64,000 bases of DNA. Origin: an uncultured Chloroflexia bacterium (GTDB lineage: Bacteria; Chloroflexota; Limnocylindria; QHBO01). How positions within the stretch are numbered: position 1 is the stretch's first letter; every line of letters begins with the position of its first letter. Location of the stretch: positions 160,001 to 224,000 of the forward strand of contig CAWFCQ010000006.1 of the NCBI GenBank assembly GCA_963814375.1. The letters run 5' to 3'. This document shows, in pieces, positions 48,629 to 59,954 of the stretch. Both the position numbers and the translations under genes were made by a program. The notes beneath the pieces were generated by a model, which saw only the letters and a list, made by a program, of their open reading frames with translations, ran no database searches and was not told where the DNA came from.

Positions 48629-49185
48629 GGCTCGGCGTCCTCGTCTCCGGGCGGGGATCGAACCTCGAGGCCGTCCTCGACGCCGGCTTCGAGGTTGCGC
48701 TCGTGATCAGCAATCGGCCCGGTGTCCGCGCGCTCGACGTGGCCCGCGACCATGGGGTCGCGTCAGCGGTCCTGCCGAGGTCGGCATTCGCCGATGCCGC
48801 GGCGCGAGATGCCGCGATCGGGGCCGCGCTGACCGATGCGAACGTCGCCATCTGCCTCCTGGCGGGCTACGACCAGCTGCTCGGCCCAGCCTTCTTCGCC
48901 AGCTTCGGGGGTCGGACGATCAACATCCACCCCTCGCTTCTGCCCGCGCACGGTGGACGCGGCATGGTCGGCATTGCCGTGCATCAGTCGGTCCTGGAAG
49001 CGGGTGAGCCCGAGACCGGCGTGACGATCCACGAGGTCACCGCCGACCTGGACGCCGGCCCGATCGTGGCGCAGGCGCGCGTTCCGGTGCTCGCGGGCGA
49101 CGACGCCGAGACGCTCGCGGCGCGGGTCCTGGCGGAGGAGCACCGCCTCCTCGTGGCGACCCTGGCCGAGCTCGCCGCTCGGTGA
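48625..49185 (+). CDS. purN: GAR transformylase
   Basis: VSGRGSNL, LAGY, INIHPSLLP, GVTIH, LDAGPI, EH. Confidence 0.96.
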   Translation: MRLGVLVSGRGSNLEAVLDAGFEVALVISNRPGVRALDVARDHGVASAVLPRSAFADAAARDAAIGAALTDANVAICLLAGYDQLLGPAFFASFGGRTINIHPSLLPAHGGRGMVGIAVHQSVLEAGEPETGVTIHEVTADLDAGPIVAQARVPVLAGDDAETLAARVLAEEHRLLVATLAELAAR

Positions 49186-49302
49186 CGCCCGCTTCATGGG
49201 GAACCATGAGGCCGAGAAGGCCGCGGGGCACGATGCGTGCTAGCATGCCGGACGGCGACGCGCGCGCCGAACCCCGCACAGATTTCCCGGAACAGGAGCT
49301 CA

Positions 49303-49903
49303 ATGGACGCGATTCTCGAACCGATCGGCCAGTTCTGGGAAGGATTCCTGAGCAACCCGATCGTGCAGCTGGCGAGCCAGCTGATCGTGATCTACGTGGT
49401 CCTCCTGTGGCTGGGGACGGCGTACTGGGCCTTCCGCGACATGCAGTCCCGGACCGAGAACCCGATCATGCCGTACTTCGCGGCCGCCCTCATCATCTTC
49501 TTCACTCCGCTGCTGTTCCTCTTTGCCGTCGTCCTCTACCTCATCGTGCGCCCGCGAGAGTCGCTGGCCGAGGTCTACGAGCGATCGCTGGCGGAGGAGA
49601 GCCTCCTGGCCGAGGTGGAGAAGAACGAGCTCTGCCCGGTCTGCCGTGATCGGGTCGACGCCGACTGGCTGGTCTGCCCCAACTGCCGCACCCGCCTCCA
49701 CCGGGTCTGCCCGTCGTGCAACCGGCTGGCCGAGCCGACCTGGCCGCTGTGCGCGTTCTGCGGCCGTGAGTTCGAGCGGTCGTCGCGCGCCGCAGCCCGT
49801 GCCCGGACGCCGGTCGAGACGCCTGTCGGAGAGCCCGATCGACGCGATTCCGGCCGATGCGACGGCCGAGCACGCCCGGCTGCGCGGAGCGACCAACACC
49901 TGA
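49303..49903 (+). CDS. Membrane double zinc-ribbon protein (probable +1 frameshift near 49820 makes it look fused to the next gene)
   Basis: TM segments, YLIVRPRE, CPVC...CPNC...CPSC...CAFCG. Codon usage favours a shifted C-terminus ending at TGA 49903. Confidence 0.75.
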
Positions 49904-50907
49904 CCGAGACGCCGGGGGAGTCCGCGCCCACGCCGCCGGAGGGCCTGCCCACCGGGCCTCATCCCACCATCGGTCCGGCCACCGTCGGCATGCCTCGTTG
50001 GCCCGGGCCGCTGATGATCATCGCCGGCGCGCTGCTGGCAATGGGAGCCTTCGGCGCGCTGGTCGCGCTCGACGCCGGCCAGCTCACCGCCAACCGGTCG
50101 ACCCTTGCGTGGCTCGCCCTGGCGGGCGCGCTCGTCTTCGTGGCGGGCCTGGTGTGGTCGGCAATCCGGCAGATCCGCATCCGTCGCGTGCTGCCGCCGG
50201 AGCGATATCGCGGCCCGTCGGTCCTCATCCTGCTCGCGCTGGTCCTCGTGGGCGTCACGCTGGTGACGGCCCCGTTCGGCGAGGACGCGACGGCGCTCGT
50301 CGAGGGAGTTGGCGAGCTTTCGGCCCTCGGCGCCGTGGTCCTGCTCGTCTCGACCCAGCTCTCGCTGCTCGTCGTGGCGTGGCTCTTCGTCTTCCGCCCC
50401 CGAGCGCTGGCCGGCCTGCCCGCCTTCCCGGGTCCGGACCCGCGGCGCGCGATCATGACCGGCGTCGGCTATGGCGCCGTGGCGTGGCTCGTGACCTCGC
50501 TGCTGCTCAACCTCATGGCGCTGCTGCTCGAGCAGATCGGGATCGAGGCGACGCCCCAGGCTGCGGAGCAGGCGATCGGCATGCTCGATCCGTGGCTCGT
50601 GGTCCTCGCGGTGGTGGTGCTGGCGCCGATCGCGGAGGAGATCTTCTTCCGCGGCATCGTCTACAACGCGTGGCTACGCGAGGGCGGGCGCCGCTGGGCG
50701 TTCTTCGGCTCCGCCGCGCTGTTCGCGCTCATCCACCTCTCGCTCGTCGCCGCGGTGCCGATCTTCCTGCTGGGTCTCGCCCTGGCGTGGGTCTACGAGC
50801 GCACGGGCACGCTGCTGGCGCCGATCGCGATGCATGTGACCGTCAACGCGATCACGGTCACGCTCGCCCTCCTCGTGCGCTTCGAGGTCATACGGCTGCC
50901 GGTCTGA
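49900..50907 (+). CDS. CPBP family intramembrane metalloprotease (Abi/CAAX-like); start uncertain
   Basis: APIAEEIFFRG, FALIH, AMHVTVN. Confidence 0.88.
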   Translation: MTETPGESAPTPPEGLPTGPHPTIGPATVGMPRWPGPLMIIAGALLAMGAFGALVALDAGQLTANRSTLAWLALAGALVFVAGLVWSAIRQIRIRRVLPPERYRGPSVLILLALVLVGVTLVTAPFGEDATALVEGVGELSALGAVVLLVSTQLSLLVVAWLFVFRPRALAGLPAFPGPDPRRAIMTGVGYGAVAWLVTSLLLNLMALLLEQIGIEATPQAAEQAIGMLDPWLVVLAVVVLAPIAEEIFFRGIVYNAWLREGGRRWAFFGSAALFALIHLSLVAAVPIFLLGLALAWVYERTGTLLAPIAMHVTVNAITVTLALLVRFEVIRLPV

Positions 50908-50977
50908 CGGGGCCGGCCCGCGGCGGTAATCCGCCCGTAAGCAGCCGAAGAGGCGGCCGCGGCTATCGTCGCCGACC

Positions 50978-51682
50978 ATGACCAGCCGCCCGGTTCCGAT
51001 CCCGATCTCATCGCATCGCCGCACCGACCCCGGAGCCGATCGTCTGCGTCGCCTCGGGCCCGACGCCTGCGACGACCACGAGCTTCTTGCCATCCTGCTG
51101 GGTGGCGGCTCCGGTGCGCATCGGACCGCCCGCCGGCTCGTCGAGCGCTTCGGCTCGCTGCGCGGCGCGGCGACGGCGCATCCGTCCGAGCTGGCGCTGG
51201 CCGGCGTGGCTCCCGCGGTGGCTCCTCGTCTCTGCGCGGCCCTCGAGCTCGCGCGGCGCGTGGCGCGAACGCCGTCGACCGACCCGTGGTTGATTCGCAC
51301 CCCGGCCGACGTGGCAGAGCCGCTCATCGATGCAATGGGCTCGCTCGAGCGCGAGGAGCTCCGCGTGCTCCTTCTCGACACCAAGAACATCGTCGCCGCA
51401 GAGCGGACGGTGTACCGCGGCAACCTGGCGGGCTCGTCGGTGCGCGTCGGCGAGGTGTTTGCCGAGGCGGTGCGGCGGTGCGCGGCCGCGGTCATCGTTG
51501 CCCACAACCACCCGAGCGGCGATCCCGCGCCGTCCGGGGAGGACCTGCGCATCACCGCCGAGCTGGCCGACGCCGGGCGCCTGCTCGACATCGAGCTCCT
51601 CGACCACCTCATCATCGGGCGTGGACGATGGACCAGCCTCCGCGCGCTGGGAGCTCTCGGTCAGCCGCCGACGAGGCGGTAG
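50978..51682 (+). CDS. radC: RadC/JAB domain protein
   Basis: ELLAILL, AALELARR, EELRVLLLDTKN, AHNHPSGDPAPSGED, LLDHLII. Confidence 0.93.
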   Translation: MTSRPVPIPISSHRRTDPGADRLRRLGPDACDDHELLAILLGGGSGAHRTARRLVERFGSLRGAATAHPSELALAGVAPAVAPRLCAALELARRVARTPSTDPWLIRTPADVAEPLIDAMGSLEREELRVLLLDTKNIVAAERTVYRGNLAGSSVRVGEVFAEAVRRCAAAVIVAHNHPSGDPAPSGEDLRITAELADAGRLLDIELLDHLIIGRGRWTSLRALGALGQPPTRR

Positions 51683-52948
51683 ATCGTTCCCGACCCGATG
51701 TCGGCGAGATACAGCTCACCCGCGGAATCCTCGCCGAAGGCCGTCGGCCTCGCGCCGGTCTCGAGCAGAACCCGTGGCGCGGACACGGCCGTGGCATCGG
51801 AGGGGATCCCGAAGAGGAGGCCGGAGCAGTAGTCGCCAAAGAGGTACCAACCACCGAGCCCCGCGATCGCGTCGCCTCGGTAGACGTAGCCGCCAGTGAC
51901 GGCGCAACCGAGGTCGCGGCCGTACTCGGTGACCGGGAGCACGAGGCCCTCGGTGTCGCACTCGTTGCTGTCATAGCAATGGGACGCCTCCATCACCACC
52001 CAGCCGAAGTTCGCCCCGGCACCGGCCGCGGGATCGATGCGATTGATCTCCTCGTACTGGTTCTGCCCCACGTCGGCGATCCAGATCTCGCCGGTGACCT
52101 CGTCGAAGCTGAAGCGCCATGGATTGCGGAGGCCGGAGAAGTAGACCTCGGGCGCACCAAGGTCGCCATCGGCGAACGGGTTGTCGGGCGGGATCGCGTA
52201 GGGCTGGCCGGCATCGCCGTCCACGTCCAGCCGCAGGATCTTGCCGAGCAGGGTGTGCGTGTCCTGGCCATTCCCCCCGGGGTCGCCGCCCGGGCCGCCG
52301 TCGCCGAGAGCCAGATAGAGGTATCCGTCCGGGCCGAACGAGAGCTGCCCGCCGTTGTGGTTGGGGTGTGGCTGGTGCCTGTCGGAGGAGGATCCGCTCC
52401 GAAGCGGCATCGAGCAGCGGCGGCCCATGCTGCTCCGCGGACGCGGCCGCGAACTCGGAGAGCACGGTGTCGCCGGCGAGATCGGTGTAGTGGACGAACG
52501 CGCGAGGCACGTCCGGCCATCCCGGGTGAAGCGCCAGCCCGAGGAGTCCCTGCTCGTTGTCGGCTAGGACGCGATCGCCGATGTCGAGGGCCACCGCCGT
52601 CTCGCCGGTCGCCGGGTCGAGTGCCACCACCCGCCCGGCACGCTCGTTCACGAGCAGGGTGCCGTCGGGTACGGCTGAGATGCCGATCGGGTCGGCGATC
52701 CCCCGCGCCACCACCTCGAGCCCCAGCGCCGGTGGATCCGCGGCGATCGGCGGAACGGTCGGTGACGGGGATGGCGTTGGCTCGGCCGTCATGCTCGGGG
52801 AGGGCGACGCGGTGGGTGCGGCCGTCGATGCCTCCGGCGTGGCCGGCACACTGGCGGAGGGCGACGGAGACGGCTCCGCCGAGCAGGCGGCGAGCAGCAC
52901 GCAGACGATGGCGACGACCGTTGGATGAGGCAGCTTCATCAGGCCCAT
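51661..52948 (-). CDS. PQQ-dependent sugar (glucose/sorbosone) dehydrogenase lipoprotein; frameshift near 52375
   Basis: LAAC lipobox, EQGLLGLALHP, NHNGGQLSFGPDGYLY, GKILR, GLRNPWR, DVGQ. Confidence 0.88.
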
Positions 52949-52981
52949 TCTGACTCGATCGGGTAGGGTTGCGAGACAGCC

Positions 52982-55069
52982 ATGACGACGACGAAGGAGA
53001 GCGTTCGACGCGCGATCCGCACGGTGATCGCTGGCCGCGAGCCGGGCGCCGACGAGATCGGGACGCGCCGCGGCATCGTGGTCGAGCGGATCAGCCCCCA
53101 GATCGATGGCGGCCGCTACCCGGTGAAGCGCGTCGTCGGCGACCAGCTGCTGGTGACCGCCGACATCCTTGCCGACGGCCACGGCCTGCTCGATGCCGCG
53201 CTGCTCGTCCGCGCGGACGACGAGACCGAGTGGCGCGAGACGCCCATGCGGCCGATCGACAACGATCGGTGGTCCGGTCACCTGGAGCTGACCCGCAACC
53301 GGCGGCACAGCTACGCCGTGGAGGCGTGGCGCGACGCCTTCGGAACGTGGCTGCACGGCCTCCAACGCAAGGTGGAGGCCGGCGTCTCCGTGCCGGTCGA
53401 GCTCGAGGAAGGCCGCATCCTGGTGGAGAGCGCCCTCGAGCGCGCCGAGGAGGCGGAGGCCGCGGACGACATCCTCAGCCTCAGATCGGCCCTCGCATCG
53501 TTCGGGAGGTCACGCTCGCAGGCCACCAGGGTCGCGGCGCTCGGTGGAGACGACCTTGCCGCGGCGATGCGGCGGCATCCGGATCGGCGCTTCGCCTCCC
53601 GCTCGACGGAGCTCCCGCTCGTCGTCGACCGCGAGCGCGCGCGCTTCGGCGCCTGGTACGAGCTCTTTCCGCGCTCGCAGGGCCGCGACCCGAGGAAGCC
53701 GGTGGCGACCACCTTCGCCGAGGCGGAGTGGCGCCTGCCGGAGATCGCGGCGATGGGCTTCGACGTTCTCTACCTGCCGCCGATCCACCCGATCGGCCAC
53801 ACGAATCGCAAGGGCCGCAACAACGTCCTGGAGGCGGCGCCGGGGGACGTCGGATCGCCGTACGCCATCGGGTCGGCCGATGGTGGGCACGACGCCGTGG
53901 CGCCCGAGCTCGGCGGAATCGAGGGGCTGCGGAGATTCCGCGACGCCGTCGAGTCGCGCGGGATGGAGCTGGCGATGGACATCGCCATCCAGGCCTCGCC
54001 GGATCATCCGTACGTGAGCACGCATCCGGAGTGGTTTCGCCACGCGCCTGACGGGACGATCAAGTTCGCCGAGAACCCGCCGAAGAAGTACCAGGACATC
54101 TACCCGATCGCGTTCGACGACGAGGATCACGGTGCGCGCGAGGCGCTGTGGCGCGAGTGGAAGCGGATCTTCGAGGTCTGGATCGGCGAGGGAGTCCGCA
54201 TCTTCCGCGTCGACAACCCGCACACCAAGCCGATCGCGTTCTGGGCCTGGCTCATCCCGGCCATCCAGGCCGACCATCCCGACGTCATCTTCCTCTCGGA
54301 GGCGTTCACGAAGCCGAAGATGATGCGGCTGCTGGCGAAGGTCGGCTTCACCCAGAGCTACACGTACTTCACCTGGCGCGAGTCGGCCGCCGATCTGCGC
54401 GACTACCTGACGGAGCTGACGCAGACCGAGATGCGCGAGTACTTCCGCGGCAACCTCTTCACCAACACACCGGACATCAACCCGCACCACCTCGACCACG
54501 GTCGCCCGGCGTTCGTGATCCGCTCCGTGCTGGCGGCCACCCTGTCGAGCTCGTACGGGATCTACTCGGGCTGGGAGCTGTGCGAATCCGCACGCCTCGG
54601 CGAGCGCGAGGAGTACCTCGACAGTGAGAAGTACGAGATCCGTGCCCGCGACTGGAACGCCAAGGGCAACATCAAGCTCCTCATCGGCGAGCTCAACCGG
54701 CTGCGCCATGAGCGCCCCGCCCTGAAGCGCTACGACAACCTCCGCTTCGAGGCGGTCAGCGGCGACCGGACGCTCTTCTATCGCAAGGCGCTGCCCCACG
54801 GGAAGGTGGATCCGCTCACGGGTCACCCGCTTCGCTGGCGGGACGCGGTGTACGTCGCGGTGAACTGCGATCCGACCACCCCGGAGCGCGCGATCCTCCA
54901 TCCCGACCTGCCCGCGGTCGGGATCGGGTGGGATGAGACCTACCAGCTCACCGACCTGCTGAGCGGTGCCACGTCACTGGAGCGCGGGGCAGACCTGGCG
55001 GTTGTCCTCGATCCGGCGGCGGAGGCGTTCCGCATCTTCACCATCAACAAGCTGAGCGCGGACAGTTGA
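52982..55069 (+). CDS. glgE: Maltosyltransferase GlgE
   Basis: [62 protein letters not shown]. Confidence 0.96.
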   Translation: MTTTKESVRRAIRTVIAGREPGADEIGTRRGIVVERISPQIDGGRYPVKRVVGDQLLVTADILADGHGLLDAALLVRADDETEWRETPMRPIDNDRWSGHLELTRNRRHSYAVEAWRDAFGTWLHGLQRKVEAGVSVPVELEEGRILVESALERAEEAEAADDILSLRSALASFGRSRSQATRVAALGGDDLAAAMRRHPDRRFASRSTELPLVVDRERARFGAWYELFPRSQGRDPRKPVATTFAEAEWRLPEIAAMGFDVLYLPPIHPIGHTNRKGRNNVLEAAPGDVGSPYAIGSADGGHDAVAPELGGIEGLRRFRDAVESRGMELAMDIAIQASPDHPYVSTHPEWFRHAPDGTIKFAENPPKKYQDIYPIAFDDEDHGAREALWREWKRIFEVWIGEGVRIFRVDNPHTKPIAFWAWLIPAIQADHPDVIFLSEAFTKPKMMRLLAKVGFTQSYTYFTWRESAADLRDYLTELTQTEMREYFRGNLFTNTPDINPHHLDHGRPAFVIRSVLAATLSSSYGIYSGWELCESARLGEREEYLDSEKYEIRARDWNAKGNIKLLIGELNRLRHERPALKRYDNLRFEAVSGDRTLFYRKALPHGKVDPLTGHPLRWRDAVYVAVNCDPTTPERAILHPDLPAVGIGWDETYQLTDLLSGATSLERGADLAVVLDPAAEAFRIFTINKLSADS

Positions 55070-56772
55070 CCAGCCCGACCACGGCGCAGGCCGCGCCGGA
55101 TCCGATGTCGGAAGCCGGTGCCCCCCAGCTGCTGCGCGATGATCCGCACTGGTACAAGGACGCGATCGTCTACCAGCTCCACGTCAAGGCGTTCATGGAC
55201 GCCACCGACGACGGCGTGGGCGACTTCGCCGGCCTGGCGCAGCGGCTCGACTACATCGCCGAGCTCGGCGTCACCGCAATCTGGCTCCTGCCGTTCTATC
55301 CATCGCCGCTCCGCGACGACGGCTACGACATCGCGGACTTCACCCAGGTTCATCCCGATTACGGCACCCTCCGCGACTTCCGGGTCTTCGTCCGCGAGGC
55401 GCATCGGCGCGGGCTGCGCGTCATCACAGAGCTCGTCGTCAACCACACCAGCGACCAGCACCCCTGGTTCGTGGAATCCCGCGCGGACCGCAGCAACCCG
55501 AGGCGCGACTGGTACGTATGGAGCGACACGGACCAGAAATATACGGACGCGCGGATCATCTTCACCGACACCGAGTCATCGAACTGGACCTGGGACCAGG
55601 AGTCGGAGCAGTACTACTGGCATCGGTTCTTCAGCCACCAGCCAGACCTCAACTACGACAACCCGCGCGTCATCCGTGCGGTGCTCCGGGTGATGCGCTT
55701 CTGGCTCGACCTCGGCGTCGATGGGCTGCGGCTCGACGCGGTGCCGTACCTCGTCGAGCGCGAGGGCACGAACGGGGAGAACCTGCCCGAGACCCACCAG
55801 ATCCTGCGTCGGATCCGCCAGTCGGTGGACGACCGGTACACCGGGCGCATGCTGCTGGCGGAGGCCAACCAGTGGCCGCCGGACGTGCTGCCCTACTTCG
55901 GCACGTCGGACGAGCCCGAGTGCCACATGGCCTTCCACTTCCCGCTCATGCCGCGCATCTGGATCGCGCTGCGCCGCGAGGACCGCTACCCGATCGTCGA
56001 GATCATGGACCAGACGCCCGAGATTCCCGCGGAGGCGCAGTGGGCGCTCTTCCTGCGCAACCACGACGAGCTGACCCTCGAGATGGTGACCGACGAAGAG
56101 CGGGACTTCATGTACAGCGAGTACGCGCGCGACGCGCGGATGCGCATCAACGTCGGCATCCGGCGCCGCCTGGCGCCGCTCGTCGACAACAGCCGGCGCC
56201 GCCTCGAGCTGCTCAACTCGCTGCTGTTCAGCATGCCGGGCACGCCGATCATCTATTACGGCGACGAGATCGGGATGGGCGACAACGTCTACCTCGGTGA
56301 CCGCAACGGCGTGCGCACGCCGATGCAGTGGACCGGAGACCGCAACGCGGGCTTCAGTCGCGCCGATGTCCACGCGCTGTATGCGCCGCTCGTCGCCGAT
56401 CCGGTCTATGGCTACCAGGCCATCAACGTCGAGTCCCAGGAGCGGGTCCCGGGATCGCTCCTGAACTGGATGAAGCGCCTCATTCGCGTCCGCCGCACGC
56501 ATCCCGTCTTCGGGCGTGGCACGCTCGAGTTCTGCCACCCGGAGAACCGTCGGGTTCTCGCCTATCTGCGCGAGCACGAGGGCGTCACGATCCTGTGCGT
56601 CGCCAACCTCAGCCGATTCGCGCAGTACGTCGAGCTCGACCTCTCGCGCTACAACGGGCGCGTCCCGGTCGAGCTCATCGGTCGCGTCCACTTCCCGCGC
56701 ATCGGCGAGCTTCCGTACCTGCTCACGCTCGGCCCGCACGACTTCTTCTGGCTCGAGCTGACCGATGGCTGA
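55066..56772 (+). CDS. treS: Trehalose synthase (maltose alpha-D-glucosyltransferase)
   Basis: [58 protein letters not shown]. Confidence 0.96.
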   Translation: MTSPTTAQAAPDPMSEAGAPQLLRDDPHWYKDAIVYQLHVKAFMDATDDGVGDFAGLAQRLDYIAELGVTAIWLLPFYPSPLRDDGYDIADFTQVHPDYGTLRDFRVFVREAHRRGLRVITELVVNHTSDQHPWFVESRADRSNPRRDWYVWSDTDQKYTDARIIFTDTESSNWTWDQESEQYYWHRFFSHQPDLNYDNPRVIRAVLRVMRFWLDLGVDGLRLDAVPYLVEREGTNGENLPETHQILRRIRQSVDDRYTGRMLLAEANQWPPDVLPYFGTSDEPECHMAFHFPLMPRIWIALRREDRYPIVEIMDQTPEIPAEAQWALFLRNHDELTLEMVTDEERDFMYSEYARDARMRINVGIRRRLAPLVDNSRRRLELLNSLLFSMPGTPIIYYGDEIGMGDNVYLGDRNGVRTPMQWTGDRNAGFSRADVHALYAPLVADPVYGYQAINVESQERVPGSLLNWMKRLIRVRRTHPVFGRGTLEFCHPENRRVLAYLREHEGVTILCVANLSRFAQYVELDLSRYNGRVPVELIGRVHFPRIGELPYLLTLGPHDFFWLELTDG

Positions 56773-57316
56773 GCCGGCGACCGCGATCCGGCTCGCGACG
56801 GCGGACGACATCGACGGCCTGGCCCGTGTCAGCCGCCTCGCGTTCGGCGCGACGTATCCGGGCATCGTCCCGCGCGACGTCCTCGACGAGTGGATCGGGA
56901 GCGCCTCGAACACGTGGAAGAAGGGGTTCGCCGAGCGCGAGCCCGACAGCGAGTGGCGGCCGTGGGTCGTCGAGCGGGATGGTGCCGTGATCGGGTATGC
57001 CACCACCTCGGAGGGCAAGGACTGGTGGCTGCCGCCGCCGGAGGGCGCCGGCGAGCTGACGAACCTGTACCTCGACCCGGATGCCATCGGGACCGGCGTG
57101 GGCAGCGCGCTGTTCGACCACGCCAGGGCCGACCTTCGGGAGCGCGGCTTCAACCCGTTCGTGGTGTGGGCGTTCCGCGACAACCATCGGGCCGTGCGCT
57201 TCTACGAGCGCAAGGGCCTGGCCATCGACGTGGCCGATCACGACTGGCTGCTCGGCGACGTGCCGTGCCCGATCGTCCGCTTCCGCCAGGACTGGCCTGC
57301 GAACCAACCGGGATGA
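56765..57316 (+). CDS. GNAT family N-acetyltransferase
   Basis: [38 protein letters not shown]. Confidence 0.88.
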   Translation: MAEPATAIRLATADDIDGLARVSRLAFGATYPGIVPRDVLDEWIGSASNTWKKGFAEREPDSEWRPWVVERDGAVIGYATTSEGKDWWLPPPEGAGELTNLYLDPDAIGTGVGSALFDHARADLRERGFNPFVVWAFRDNHRAVRFYERKGLAIDVADHDWLLGDVPCPIVRFRQDWPANQPG

Positions 57317-58540
57317 TCGCTGCCGACCTCGCGTCCCGCCGCTGGTTCCGCTCGAAGCAGCGCACGATCGCGGCGATCACCGAGGTCGATCGGGCGCCGA
57401 TCGGGCCGGGGGCGCTGGTCGTGCTCGAGGTCGGCTTCGCCGACGGTGGCCCCACCGAGCGCTACCTGGCGCCGACGATCGATGGGCGCGAGCCGGCCGA
57501 CGGCGAGGGGCTGTGGAGCGCGCTGGCGGACGCTATCGCGCACGAGGCTCGCATCGGCCGCTTTGCGGGGCGCCGGGCTCTCGGCTTCGAGCCCGGGCCG
57601 CTGGACGAGCGGCTGCTGGCCGTCGAGCAGTCGAACACGTCGGTCGTGCTCGGCGAGCGCCTCATCCTCAAGCTGTACCGCCTCCTCGAGCCGGGCGACA
57701 ACCCGGACCTGGAGGTGAGCGCCTTCCTCGCCGAGGCCGGATTCGCGCGACACCCCCGCGCTGGCGGGGTCCGTGACGTATGACACCGATGGCACCCACG
57801 CCTCCGCGGCGATGCTCCAGGCGTACGTCGCCGGCGCCGCCGACGCGTGGACCGCGATGCTCTCGGCGCTGGCCGCGGAGCCTCGCCGCGGCGTCGCGAT
57901 GGCCGAGAAGATCGGCGCGCTGACGTCGCGACTGCATCGTTGCCTCGCATCTCGGCCCGACGATCCCGGTTTCCCGGCGCGGCCGGCGACCGTGGCGGAG
58001 ACGGCCGGGTGGCGCGCCTCCGCCGAGCGGCAGCTGACCCAGGCGATCGCGGCGCAGTCCGGAGCCGGCCACCAGCGGCTCGTGACCCTCGCGCCGCTGG
58101 TGCGCGAGAGGTTCGCCGATGCGTTCGGTTCGGCCACGGGCGACGCGCCGGTCAGCCGCATCCACGGCGACTACCATCTCGGCCAGCTCCTGGCGCGGTC
58201 GGACGGCGGCTTCAGCGTCATCGACTTCGAGGGCGAGCCGGCGCGGCCGCTGGCCGAGCGCCGAGCGCCGTCGTCGCCACTGCGGGACGTGGCGGGCATG
58301 CTCCGCAGCCTCGACTACGCGGCGCGCACCGCCGAGCGGGAGGGCGGCTTCCGGGCCGATGAATGGCTGAGCGAGGCGCGCGAGGCGTTTCTCGGAGCGT
58401 ACGGCGAGACGGACGCCGGCCTGCTCGCCGCCTTCGAGCTGGAGAAGGCCTGCTACGAGATCCGCTACGAGGCCGGCATGCGCCCCGACTGGCTCTGGCT
58501 CCCGATGGCCGCCCTCGAGCGCCTGGTCTCGGGCGACTGA
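57313..58540 (+). CDS. Maltokinase (Pep2/Mak-like); +1 frameshift near 57747
   Basis: RWFRSK, EQSNTSV, LKLYR, NPDLEV, then RIHGDYHLGQ, IDFEGEP, RDVAGMLRS, EKACYE. Confidence 0.88.
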
Positions 58541-58557
58541 GCGCGGCTACGAGATCG

Positions 58558-59454
58558 CTATCTCGCCCACCACCCCGGGTCGGGCCGGAACGGCGCCGCC
58601 GGCCGGCCCACCGCATCGGTGTCGAGCCGATAGACGAGACCGGCGCCTGGCTCGGCTCGTCGCTGCTCGTCGCTCCAGCCCTCGGTCGCGGTCGTGACGT
58701 ACAGCCGGTCCAGTCGTTGGCCGCCGAACGCGCACGACGTGGTCTCGGCCGCCGGGACACGCAGCTCCTGGAGCAGCTCACCGTCGGCGGAGTACCGCTG
58801 GACACGCCCGGCGCCCCACACCGCGACCCACAGGTCGCCCGCGGCGTCCACGGTCAGGCCGTCAGGGCCCGAGCCATCGGCCACCGTGGCCAGGACGCGG
58901 CCATTCGAGATCGTGCCCCGGTCGCCATCGAACGCGAATGCGTGAATGACGCGCGGGACGGTATCGGCGAGGTACATCGTGCCGCCGTCGGGGCTCCAGC
59001 CCAACCCGTTCGAGATCGTCAGGCCGTCGAGCATCTGCTCGATGCGGCCATCGCGGTCCAGCCGGTACAGCGCCCCACCTCCGGCGCGGTTGTCGTGCGC
59101 CTTCGTGCCGGCCCAGAACCGGCCACGCGGGTCGCAGGCCGCGTCATTCATGCGCGTGCCGGCCGGCGCGACCTCGCCGATCGGCCGGACGGCGCCATCG
59201 AGGGAGAGGTGCACGAAGCCCCGGTTCGCGGCCAGCAGCCAGCCGGGATCTCCGTCGATCGGCGCGATGGCACCCACCGTGCCAGGCACCCGGTAGATCC
59301 GAACCGGGACGAGGCCGCCGTCGTCCGTCACGCGGTCGCGGAACACGCGGCCCGCGACGATGTCGACTCGCAGCAGCTCCTCGCGGCGGGCGTCCCACCT
59401 CGCTCCCTCACCGAGGACGGTCTGCTCCGAGGTGCTCGCGACGGCCTCGGTCAC
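58558..59454 (-). CDS. SMP-30/gluconolactonase family protein
   Basis: LGEGARWD, RMNDAACDPRGRFWAGT, ISNGLGWS, PDGLTVD, SCAFGG. Confidence 0.93.
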   Translation of the reverse strand: MTEAVASTSEQTVLGEGARWDARREELLRVDIVAGRVFRDRVTDDGGLVPVRIYRVPGTVGAIAPIDGDPGWLLAANRGFVHLSLDGAVRPIGEVAPAGTRMNDAACDPRGRFWAGTKAHDNRAGGGALYRLDRDGRIEQMLDGLTISNGLGWSPDGGTMYLADTVPRVIHAFAFDGDRGTISNGRVLATVADGSGPDGLTVDAAGDLWVAVWGAGRVQRYSADGELLQELRVPAAETTSCAFGGQRLDRLYVTTATEGWSDEQRRAEPGAGLVYRLDTDAVGRPAAPFRPDPGWWAR

Positions 59455-59474
59455 GCTCTGCCATCCTTTCCTGC

Positions 59475-59921
59475 GTGGACGAACGGCGCGGCCAAGGCTC
59501 TGGTCGAGCGACGGCAAAGCCGCCGCGTCCACCCCTCGCGGTCATCAGACCGTTCACGACGCACGTCTTCAACCCGATCAGCCGGCGCTTCGCCAGGTGG
59601 CTGCCCGGCTTCGGCATTCTCGCCTACCGCGGCCGGAAGTCGGGCAGGCAATACCGCACGCCGCTCAACGTCTTCCGGCACGAAGACGACTGGATCATCG
59701 CCCTGACCTATGGGTCGGATGTGCAGTGGGTGAAGAACGTGGTCGCCGCCGGTGAGGCCACGCTCGAGATTCGGCGGAACAAGATCCGCGTCGTCGAGCC
59801 GCAGGTCATCGTCGACCCGCAGCGGCGGCTCATGCCATTCGGAGTTCGCCAGTTCCTCGGCCTCATGCGCGTCAGCGAGTTCATGAGGATGAAGGCCGCG
59901 CCGACCGGCGTCGACGGGTAA
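59475..59921 (+). CDS. Nitroreductase family deazaflavin (F420)-dependent oxidoreductase
   Basis: GRKSGRQYRTPL, LTYGSDVQWVKNV. Confidence 0.85.
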   Translation: MDERRGQGSGRATAKPPRPPLAVIRPFTTHVFNPISRRFARWLPGFGILAYRGRKSGRQYRTPLNVFRHEDDWIIALTYGSDVQWVKNVVAAGEATLEIRRNKIRVVEPQVIVDPQRRLMPFGVRQFLGLMRVSEFMRMKAAPTGVDG

Positions 59922-59954
59922 CCTTCGCCGGGTGATCCCGGAAGCCGCGCTCGT

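Noticed and set aside
50908-50977. SRP RNA or hammerhead-like structure before radC
   Set aside because: Only short GC hairpins; no CAGG-GNRA-AGCAG helix and no CUGANGA/GAAA core.
50978-51682. radC as a marker of a mobile element
   Set aside because: Full-length chromosomal type; no integrase, transposase, att sites or GC shift nearby.
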